A stretch of DNA of 15,080 nt, filler included, from an uncultured Acidimicrobiia bacterium (GCA_964347285.1; 8 parts of 8 records of this genome joined end to end with filler, not necessarily neighbours in it), one strand, 5' to 3'. Shown: positions 1-6,400, numbered from the whole stretch's first letter. Numbers and translations: made by a program. Notes: a model not told the origin generated them from the sequence alone.

Positions 1-108
1 GTCATCCAGTTCGGCAGGGAAGTGTGCACCGCCCGGCGGCCCCGCTGCTGGGAGTGCCCTCTGGCCGACCGCTGTCCGTACGACGACAAGACGCCGGCCC
101 CACAGTGA
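1..108 (+). CDS. nth: Endonuclease III, 3' end (partial; not in ORF track)
   Basis: Frame 1 reads VIQFGREVCTARRPRCWECPLADRCPYDDKTPAPQ*. This is the C-x6-C-x2-C-x5-C 4Fe-4S motif followed closely by the C-terminus, as in Nth. Stop TGA at 106-108. Confidence 0.88.
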   Translation, partial: VIQFGREVCTARRPRCWECPLADRCPYDDKTPAPQ

Positions 109-409
109 GCGATCGCAGGGCGCTGGACCGGGAGATCTACCGCTTGGCGCTGCCGGCCCTCGGGGCGCTGGGGGTGGAGCCGGCCGTCTCGCTGGTCGAC
201 ACCGCGTTCGTCGGGAGGCGGAGTTCCGCTACCCGGCCGTGGCCACGATCGCCGCCGCGTCGGTGGCGTCCGCCGTCCTGATAGCAGTTGTGCCGATGGA
301 TTGGGGGCCGGCGGGGGTCTGGGCGGGCATCACCGTCTTGATGGGGATGAGGGCGGCGGCTTTGACCCGCTGGTACCTGCGTGTCGGGGAACCACGAGCG
401 GCTTGGTGA
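105..409 (+). pseudogene. MATE/DinF-family efflux transporter remnant with large internal deletion and frameshift
   Basis: GTG at 105 overlaps the nth stop and gives MSDRRALDREIYRLALPALGALGVEPAVSLVDTAFVGR, a MATE N-terminus. From 218 another frame gives AEFRYPAVATIAAASVASAVLIAVVPMDWGPAGVWAGITVLMGMRAAALTRWYLRVGEPRAAW* (stop 407-409), resembling the MATE C-terminal helices. Confidence 0.78.
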
Positions 410-1607
410 GATCCCGGGCACGGGTCTCGGGGAGGGGGAGCACCAGGACGGCGGCAGCGAACAGGCCGGTTCCCAACAGGGCGATCGTCACCGGGAGGCC
501 CAGCGTATCGATGGATATGGCGCCCACCAGAAACCCGAAGATGCTGCCGACGATCGCGAAGTTGGTGACCCAGGCTCCGGCCGTGGCCCGCAGCCTGGTA
601 GGGAACAGTTCGGCCCGATGGGCGGCAAAGGCCGGGGTGAGGGCCGTCGCTCCGAACGTCCCGATGAACAGCGAGACGGCCAGGGCCCAACCGTTCTCGA
701 GGAAGTAGAAGCCGAGTCCGCCCAGGAGTCCGGTGGCCAGGGCCAACAGCTCGGTCGGCCGCCTCCCCGCAGTGTCGGCCAGTCGGCCGCCGACGAGGAG
801 GCCGACCGTGCCGAGGCCGCTGGCGACGATGAGGAGGAGACGGGCCGTCGACGTGTCCCAACCGAGGTCGTTGATGAGCCGCTCGAGACCGAAGTCGAGT
901 GCCGGTGATGCGAAAGCGGCCACGAAGAAGGCCATCGCTCCCAGAGTCCAGAGGTACTGGCCATGGCCCTCGCGTACCACCGCAGACAGGGGCACGTGAT
1001 ACTCCGGGTGCCGGTAGGCCCGGCTTTCTCGTAAGAAGCGCACCAAGACCGGGAACACAAACAGACCCACCCCGCTCAGTGCGAACAGGAAGCGCCACGC
1101 CTGACTTCCCCGGTCGGCAATCGGCAGCAGGAGCAGGCTGGCACCGTTGCCGAGGGCACCGGCCAGCGCATACACACCGATTCCGTAGCTGCGGAGGGCC
1201 GGGGTCAGCTCCTCGGCGAGGAAGACGAGGGCCAAGGCGGCCACGGCAATCACCCCCACTCGCTCGACCGACTGGAGGGCTACGAAGGGGATCGCTCCCG
1301 GGGTGACGGCCGTGGCCAGGTTGGCAATCGGCACGAGCAGGAACGCGAGCAACAACGGCCGCCTTCGACCGTAGCGGTCCCCGTACAGAGAGAAGACGAT
1401 GGCTCCCAGGGCCACGAAGCGGGTCGTGGCGAAGATGAAGCTCATCTGCCCCTCGGTGAGAGTCAGTCCCCGGCGGGCAAAGGGCAGGGTGTGGGTGATG
1501 AGGCTTCCCGAGAAGCTGATCACGAACGCGGTCAGCGCCATCAGCGTCATGATGCGCCGGTCCGACACTGAGAACCGGCCCGGGGGACGGACGAATGCGG
1601 GGACCAT
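330..1607 (-). CDS. MFS transporter (~425 aa)
   Basis: About 12 hydrophobic segments, motif A in both halves (GDRYGRRRPL, GRLADTAGRRPT), ELFPTRLRATA and a terminal LPETR. Start placed at ATG 1607 (TGATG overlap with the csaA stop) rather than the track's 1967. Confidence 0.9.
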   Translation of the reverse strand: MVPAFVRPPGRFSVSDRRIMTLMALTAFVISFSGSLITHTLPFARRGLTLTEGQMSFIFATTRFVALGAIVFSLYGDRYGRRRPLLLAFLLVPIANLATAVTPGAIPFVALQSVERVGVIAVAALALVFLAEELTPALRSYGIGVYALAGALGNGASLLLLPIADRGSQAWRFLFALSGVGLFVFPVLVRFLRESRAYRHPEYHVPLSAVVREGHGQYLWTLGAMAFFVAAFASPALDFGLERLINDLGWDTSTARLLLIVASGLGTVGLLVGGRLADTAGRRPTELLALATGLLGGLGFYFLENGWALAVSLFIGTFGATALTPAFAAHRAELFPTRLRATAGAWVTNFAIVGSIFGFLVGAISIDTLGLPVTIALLGTGLFAAAVLVLPLPETRARDLTKPLVVPRHAGTSGSKPPPSSPSRR

Positions 1608-1933
1608 CAAGCCACCGTCGCCCCCGGGGGTACCGAGGTATCCACCGATAGCAACACCACTCCGTCGTCGGTGAGGGCGCCCAGAACGAGCACGTCGGAC
1701 CGCAACCCACCAACCCGCATCGGCTCGAACCCAGTCACCGCCACCACCTGTCGGCCCACGAGATCTTCGGTGCGGTAGCGGTCGGTGATTCGAGCGGACG
1801 ACTGCAATCGGCCCAGGGGGCCGAAGTCGATCCATAGGGCGTAAGAGGGCGCTCGGGCCCCGGCGTTGCGCTCGGCTCGGACCACCGTTCCGATCCGGAC
1901 GTCGAGCGCCTGCCAATCGGAGAGGTCGGGCAT
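1607..1933 (-). CDS. csaA: CsaA/Trbp111-family tRNA-binding / export chaperone (108 aa)
   Basis: LDVRIGTVVRAE, YALWIDFGPLG, QSSARIT, LVGRQVVAVTGF and SDVLVLGA match the CsaA OB-fold pattern and size. Confidence 0.88.
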   Translation of the reverse strand: MPDLSDWQALDVRIGTVVRAERNAGARAPSYALWIDFGPLGRLQSSARITDRYRTEDLVGRQVVAVTGFEPMRVGGLRSDVLVLGALTDDGVVLLSVDTSVPPGATVA

Positions 1934-1941
1934 TCCTCGGG

Positions 1942-1947
1942 AGGTTA
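1942..1947 (-). promoter_or_regulatory. Putative -10 element (TAACCT) of csaA-MFS, near-leaderless
   Basis: TAACCT lies 8 nt upstream of the csaA ATG on the minus strand. Confidence 0.5.
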
Positions 1948-2052
1948 CTCAGAAATCGCGTTCTCACCGAAGACGGTCACGGAACTCCCTACCCTGGTTT
2001 ACCGTTGTACGCGGGGCTTCCCCCGATCGACCCAGCTGGAGTACGGCATGTC

Positions 2053-2152
2053 NNNNNNNNNNNNNNNNNNNNNNNNNNNNNNNNNNNNNNNNNNNNTTAA
2101 TTAATTAANNNNNNNNNNNNNNNNNNNNNNNNNNNNNNNNNNNNNNNNNNNN
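2053..2152. other. Artificial contig spacer (N44-TTAATTAATTAA-N44)
   Basis: 100-nt linker with stops in all six frames, repeated identically seven times in the window. Confidence 0.98.
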
Positions 2153-2296
2153 GGCGATCTTGCCGGAGACGGTCAGGGTGTTGCCATCTCTCTCGATCGT
2201 TGTCTTGCCCACGAAATGCGGGTTGCCTGCCAAAGCAGGCATAGCGACAGCCATAGTGAGCAGCGCCACTACGGCAAGGAATATCAATCGACGCAT
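2153..2296 (-). CDS. Secreted hypothetical protein, N-terminal fragment (3'-truncated)
   Basis: SD GGGAGGAGG, then MRRLIFLAVVALLTMAVAMPALA|GNPHFVGKTTIERDGNTLTVSGKIA. This is a Sec signal peptide with an ALA cleavage site. Confidence 0.8.
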
Positions 2297-2414
2297 GTTG
2301 CGCCTCCTCCCTGTTCCTCTCCCTGTTTCGTTCGACGTGCGCACAAGCTGCGACGTCGACAACGGCCCTTTTCGCTTTGCGTCCCCCTCTCGATCGCGGT
2401 CACCCAATGCCTAG

Positions 2415-2453
2415 AAACTAGTACTGACTACTCGCCGTGTGCAAGCGCTTTCC
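2415..2453 (-). promoter_or_regulatory. Housekeeping-sigma promoter (TTGCAC-N18-TAGTTT) overlapped by a LacI/cre-type operator
   Basis: Minus-strand -35 at 2439-2444 and -10 at 2415-2420. The palindrome TGCAAGCGCTTTCC at 2440-2453 matches TGNAANCGNTTNCA except at the last base. Confidence 0.55.
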
Positions 2454-2612
2454 TACCTCCTGGCCCAGCAGCCTTCGGTGACGGCTGGCCTGGTCGCGGC
2501 GAAAGGGGTCACCAGCACCTAAGCCGACTCAGCGGGTGATCCCGGCAGACGACATGGCCAGTTTCACAACAGTCGGCACAGTTGCTGCCTAGCCGGTTTC
2601 TACTGTGGTTTC

Positions 2613-2705
2613 AGGGCGTTCCTGGGCGCGGCCAGCCCGATCCCCTCGCCGCCAACCGCAACGGCCCCCGGTGACCTCCTCCCCCCTTTGGCCGGGGACC
2701 GTTCT
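2613..2705 (+). ncRNA. 6C-like small RNA (two hairpins with C-rich loops)
   Basis: Hairpin 1 (~2625-2653) has loop CCAGCCCGATCCCC. Hairpin 2 (AACGGCCCCCGG 2660-2671 / CCGGGGACCGTT 2692-2703) has loop GACCTCCTCCCCCCTTTG. A -10-like TACTGT lies at 2601-2606. The architecture fits the actinobacterial 6C RNA. Confidence 0.6.
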
Positions 2706-3007
2706 GCGTCACAGAGGAACAACAGGACGACCCGCCGACGCCGCGACCACCCGCCCATTGCCACTGGGCGTGCCCAAACACCCCAGTGGGCCTGCTCCGG
2801 CGTGGAGGTTCCGCGCAGTACCAACCTTTACCGCGTTCGGCATCACTAGGGCCGTTGGTGCACGGCAATGGAGTGGTCGGGCCAGCGTCCCGCTGCGGGG
2901 GTGTACCCGGCCGGGAGAGGACCCGGCCCGATCGGGACTTATGCCACTAACGAAAGGGATCCCCGGCCGTCACAGTGGGGTCGAGCTCGGAGGAGGAGGC
3001 TTGAGGC

Positions 3008-3085
3008 ATGGGCAGCTATGCGATCATCGCCGGTGCCCACATCTCCCAACACATCCGGAGCGAGCCGATCGAGGGGGAGGGATGA
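3008..3085 (+). CDS. Putative 25-aa small ORF (MGSYAIIAGAHISQHIRSEPIEGEG)
   Basis: Strong SD GGAGGAGGAGG ends 8 nt upstream. Its TGA overlaps the ATG of the next gene (ATGA at 3082-3085). Confidence 0.45.
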   Translation: MGSYAIIAGAHISQHIRSEPIEGEG

Positions 3086-3513
3086 AGATCGTCGAGGTGA
3101 CGCTGAAAGCCATCTTGCGCTCGCCACTCCACCACGTACTGAGCAAGTCGCTCATGATCGTCCGCTACACGGGGCGCCGCACCGGGCGTCCGATCACGCT
3201 GGTGGTCCAGTACGTGGAGGCGGACGGGTACGTGTGGGCCTGGCCGGCCCGGGCCGAGACCAAGACGTGGTGGCGTAACTTCCGGGGGGGCCACCCCGCC
3301 GAGGTAGTGGTGCGCGGTGAGGAGAAGCCGGCCGTGGGTGAGGCGATCGTCGATGAGCCCGAGGCTATTGCCGACGTCATCACCCTCTACCTCGAGCGGT
3401 ACCCTCGGACTGCCAAGGTGCTCGGACTGGGTCCCGACCAGTGGACCGACCGCTCGGCACTGGTGCGGGCCGCCGCCGACCAGGTAGTGGTGCGCTTCAA
3501 GCTGGAGGGATAA
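3082..3513 (+). CDS. Nitroreductase/quinone-reductase family protein, Ddn-like split beta-barrel, probably F420-dependent (143 aa)
   Basis: ILRSPLH, YTGRRTGR, KTWWRNFRGG and terminal VVVRF motifs. Start set at ATG 3082 behind a G-rich SD, not 2605. Confidence 0.8.
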   Translation: MKIVEVTLKAILRSPLHHVLSKSLMIVRYTGRRTGRPITLVVQYVEADGYVWAWPARAETKTWWRNFRGGHPAEVVVRGEEKPAVGEAIVDEPEAIADVITLYLERYPRTAKVLGLGPDQWTDRSALVRAAADQVVVRFKLEG

Positions 3514-3548
3514 TCTTCCAGTCGGTCTCTCCTCGGCACCGCCGGCGG

Positions 3549-4160
3549 GTGGTGTCGATCGTTCCCCTCGTCCTGGCTGTCGGCTTCGTCGCCATGTCGC
3601 CGGGTTCCGCTCAGCAGAACCCCGACGTCGACTTGGCCATGCTGTTGGCAGAGCCGGACGCACTGGCCGTCATCATCGACGATCGGGTCAATGCGGCGAT
3701 CGACGCCTGCATGACCGCCCAGGGATTCGTCTACCAGCCGGTGCTCGGTGTCCTCTCTGCGGGCCCCTTCGATCCGCAGGCCGCCGGCTACGGCCATGCC
3801 GCTGGCTCACCGCCCGAGATCACCGACGATCCCAACTTGGCGATACTCGAAGGCCTCGACCGGGACGACCTGGGCGCCTACGAGACCGCCCTGTACGGAC
3901 ATCCGCTGGAGGAGGGCGATCCGGAGACGGCTCCCGGAGGATGCATCGTCCAGGGGGCGGGGGTGCTGGTCCAAGCCGTGGCGGTGGTGGGTGCCGTCGA
4001 GCAGAGCCTGGTCGAGCTGGAGGAAGCCGTAGCGGCCGATCCGGCCTACGCCGGGGCAGTCGCCGCCTGGTCGGAGTGCATGGCCGCAGCCGGCTTCGAC
4101 TTCAACGATCCCGATGAGGCTCGTCGGTCGGCCCAGGCCGGGTTCGAGCAGGCGATCGAG
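3549..4160 (+). CDS. Secreted hypothetical protein with repeated CM-x3-GF motifs (3'-truncated)
   Basis: Hydrophobic signal-like N-terminus, ACMTAQGFVY and WSECMAAAGFDF repeats, plus YETALYG and GGC. Start codon uncertain. Confidence 0.72.
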
Positions 4161-4260
4161 NNNNNNNNNNNNNNNNNNNNNNNNNNNNNNNNNNNNNNNN
4201 NNNNTTAATTAATTAANNNNNNNNNNNNNNNNNNNNNNNNNNNNNNNNNNNNNNNNNNNN
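4161..4260. other. Artificial contig spacer
   Basis: N44-TTAATTAATTAA-N44. Confidence 0.98.
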
Positions 4261-4280
4261 CATTTCCACTCTCCGGACAC
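4261..4280 (-). CDS. Start of an unidentified gene (MSGEWK..., runs off the contig)
   Basis: SD AAGGAGG 5 nt before GTG at 4280 on the minus strand. Only 6 codons are visible. Confidence 0.4.
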
Positions 4281-4316
4281 GATGGCCTCCTTCCAGACCG
4301 ATTCCTTGCTGAACCT

Positions 4317-4400
4317 TACGCGAGACTGGTGGCTCGTACCGGGTGGCACGTCCAAGGTCTCCAACGCCCGCAACAGGCGTCGGCTGACCAGTCTCACGTA
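4317..4400 (-). ncRNA. Candidate structured RNA (multi-stem junction) upstream of the truncated gene
   Basis: A 14-bp stem UACGUGAGACUGGU/ACCAGUCUCGCGUA encloses hairpins CCGACGCCUG/CGGGCGUUGG and CGUGCC/GGUACG. All four imperfect pairs are G-U on the minus strand. Confidence 0.5.
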
Positions 4401-4458
4401 GCCCCCGGACTTCAAGAGGAACTTGCCGACCAGGTAGGTGAATGGTCCTCGGCGCGAA

Positions 4459-4480
4459 TTGGGTAGCAGTTCGGTAGCAA
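4459..4480. repeat. 11-bp tandem direct repeat (TGCTACC core on minus strand), possible integrase arm-type sites
   Basis: TTGGGTAGCAG / TTCGGTAGCAA, 40 nt beyond the tRNA-Phe 3' end. Confidence 0.45.
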
Positions 4481-4520
4481 ACGGCCCACGCCTGGAACTC
4501 GGAACCCCCCATGAATACTG

Positions 4521-4593
4521 TGGCCAGGGGCAGAATCGAACTGCCGACCTTCGGTTTTTCAGACCGACGCTCTTCCAACTGAGCTACCTGGCC
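4521..4593 (-). tRNA. tRNA-Phe(GAA)
   Basis: GGCCAGGTAGCTCAGTTGG...TCGGT-CTGAAAA-ACCGA...GTTCGATTCTGCCCCTGGCCA. CCA not encoded. Confidence 0.97.
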
Positions 4594-4645
4594 GTCTGCG
4601 GGCAGCGCCTGCAGCCACGACGGCCCCGGTCGACCCGAGGCCGTC

Positions 4646-4723
4646 TGGCGGGAGCGACGGGATTTGAACCCGCGACCTCCGGCTTGACAGGCCGGCGTGA
4701 ACTCCAGACTTCACCACGCCCCC
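4646..4723 (-). tRNA. tRNA-Asp(GTC)
   Basis: GGGGGCG acceptor, CCGGC-CTGTCAA-GCCGG anticodon arm, GGTTCAAATCC T-arm, encoded CCA. Confidence 0.97.
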
Positions 4724-4726
4724 GTG

Positions 4727-4799
4727 TGCCCCCAAGGGGATTCGAACCCCTGTTGCCGCCTTGAAAGAGCGGAGTCCTGGACCGCTGGACGATGGGGGC
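4727..4799 (-). tRNA. tRNA-Glu(TTC)
   Basis: GCCCCCA acceptor, CCGCT-CTTTCAA-GGCGG anticodon arm, GGTTCGAATCC. CCA not encoded. Confidence 0.97.
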
Positions 4800-4810
4800 A
4801 GGGCCCGATG

Positions 4811-4858
4811 AGGATACTGCCCGGCCGTCGGCGGCCCCGGACCGGCCGACTGAGTATA
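4811..4858 (-). promoter_or_regulatory. Two candidate -10 elements for the tRNA operon
   Basis: Minus-strand TATCCT (4811-4816) and TATACT (4853-4858) in otherwise very GC-rich DNA. Confidence 0.5.
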
Positions 4859-4886
4859 CGCACGGTCCCGGAGCCGGGGGCGGCGC

Positions 4887-5625
4887 TCAGGCCTGTTGCG
4901 GGAGCCCGCCCCGCTGCATCAGGCTGGCCGTGGCCGCTTTCTGGGCCTGCCACAGGGAGTCCTCTCCCGACAGGCCCCGGGCCAGGGAGTCGGCCAATGC
5001 GGCGGTGAAGGCATCGCCGGCGCCGACCGTGTCCACCGGGCCGACCCGGGCCCCCGGCACCGCCCACGATTCTCCCGACCGATGGTGCAGCTCCGCCCCG
5101 GCCGACCCTCGGGTCACGCACAGCCATTCCAGGCCGGGAGCCGCTTGGAAGTAGCTGCCGGGATCGGCCGCCAGACCCAGCCGGTCGGCCACCACGGCGA
5201 ACTCGTTCTCGTTCATCTTCATCACTGTGGCCCCGGCCAGGCCCCGCTCCAGGGCCTCGGGACCGACGTCCGGGGGGCGCAGGTTGACGTCGAAGACACG
5301 CAGCCGTGCCGTCGAGGCCTCGAGGAGACGCCACAACGTACCCGCCGAACGGGGATCGCGGGCCGCCAAGCTCCCGAAGTAGAAGAGCCGGTGCTCCTCC
5401 AGCCGGTCGGGGCCGGCTATCGCATCCCAGGCCACCGGCCGANNNNNNNNNNATCGACTCGCCATCGCCGTCGCGCCCGATCCGGCTGATGAGGCGAACA
5501 TCCCAGCCTCGGGCCGCCAGGTGAGCGGCGACGTGAAGCGGGGCACCGGCGACCACGCGCCGGTCCGGGTACTGATCGATCAAAGCCTCTCCGAAGGCAA
5601 CCGCTCGCAGCTTGCTCTGAGCCAC
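4887..5625 (-). CDS. PfkB-family carbohydrate kinase (fructokinase-like), interrupted by an assembly gap at 5443-5452
   Basis: N-terminal AVAFGEALID...GAPLHVAAHLA...SRIGRD in one frame. C-terminal FDVNLR, KMNENE, VTRGSAGA and VDTVGAGDAF in another. The frame changes exactly at the 10-N gap. Confidence 0.9.
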
Positions 5626-5629
5626 GGGC

Positions 5630-6172
5630 CTAGCCGGGCGACCAGGTCGCGAACACACCGTCGGCCACCCGGACCGCCTCCCCTTCGAGCGGCTGAACCC
5701 AGATCCCCGATCTCCCGTCGCCGACGGACCCGGCATACACGAACGACTCGCCGTCCGGCGCCCAGAATGAAAGGCTCTGTGCGTACTGGTCGAAGAACGG
5801 CAGGTACTGGGTGGCGAGCACCCCGCTGGGATTGAAGAGCTCGTAGTCGACCGTCGAATCACCGTCCCAGGCGTGCCAGCGGGCCGCGTCGTCCTCACCG
5901 GTGATGAACAGCAGCCGGCTCCCGTCGGGAGACCAGAAGAAGGCGGAGATGTTCCCAACGCTCACCGTCTCCGGCTCTCCGTCGTCGATGTCCACGACGG
6001 CGAGCACGTCGGTAGCGATCTCCTGCGCCAGGCTCACCGTCTGTGCCGGAGGGGCAGAGGTCTGCACCCGGTAGGCGAGCCGGGATCCGTCAGGGCTGAG
6101 CAGGAAGTGGATGAAGCCCTCGAAGCGAACCACCTCGCGGCGGCGGTCTTCTCCGGTCCGCCGCGTCACCAC
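5630..6172 (-). CDS. TolB-like / PD40 beta-propeller protein, C-terminal part
   Basis: Repeated (W/L)SPDG-x-(R/S)-(L/F) blades: LSPDGSRLAY, WSPDGSRLLF, WAPDGESFVY, and terminal WSP. Confidence 0.8.
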   Translation of the reverse strand: MVTRRTGEDRRREVVRFEGFIHFLLSPDGSRLAYRVQTSAPPAQTVSLAQEIATDVLAVVDIDDGEPETVSVGNISAFFWSPDGSRLLFITGEDDAARWHAWDGDSTVDYELFNPSGVLATQYLPFFDQYAQSLSFWAPDGESFVYAGSVGDGRSGIWVQPLEGEAVRVADGVFATWSPG

Positions 6173-6272
6173 NNNNNNNNNNNNNNNNNNNNNNNNNNNN
6201 NNNNNNNNNNNNNNNNTTAATTAATTAANNNNNNNNNNNNNNNNNNNNNNNNNNNNNNNNNNNNNNNNNNNN
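6173..6272. other. Artificial contig spacer
   Basis: N44-TTAATTAATTAA-N44. Confidence 0.98.
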
Positions 6273-6400
6273 GGACCGGGGCCCCGGTGAGGACAGATGG
6301 GTGCCATGTCCTTGCGGCGCAGGAAGAGGCGATGCCCGTGCAGGTCGACGAACCAGCCGCTGACTCTGGCCCGCTGGCCGTTGTGGAGTATGACGACCAT
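6273..6400 (-). CDS. Hypothetical protein, N-terminal fragment (not in ORF track)
   Basis: SD AGGAGG 6 nt before ATG 6400. Reads MVVILHNGQRARVSGWFVDLHGHRLFLRRKDMAPICPHRGPG to the contig end, divergent from dsbB. Confidence 0.55.

Noticed and set aside
229..1967. Long ORFs 229-1713(-) and the N-terminal extension of 330-1967(-)
   Set aside because: These are alternative-frame shadows over MFS/csaA with Arg/Pro/Gly-rich non-protein composition typical of high-GC DNA.
2038..2052. GGAG-N6-ATG at the contig end, a possible gene divergent from csaA
   Set aside because: Only one codon is visible, so it cannot be supported.
2360..2857. 10-bp inverted pair CAACGGCCCT (2360-2369) / AGGGCCGTTG (2848-2857) as terminal inverted repeats of a MITE
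   Set aside because: Short and GC-rich, with no target-site duplication seen. Likely chance.
2605..3081. N-terminal 159 aa of ORF 2605-3513
   Set aside because: Low-complexity read-through of intergenic DNA. Family similarity begins at ATG 3082.
4438..4764. ORFs across the tRNA clusters (4438-4764, 4213-4578, 8502-8828, 8722-8934, 8799-9005)
   Set aside because: They are translations of tRNA genes.
5443..5452. Apparent frameshift or pseudogene in the PfkB kinase
   Set aside because: The frame change coincides with a 10-N scaffold gap of unknown true length, and part of the protein is missing there.
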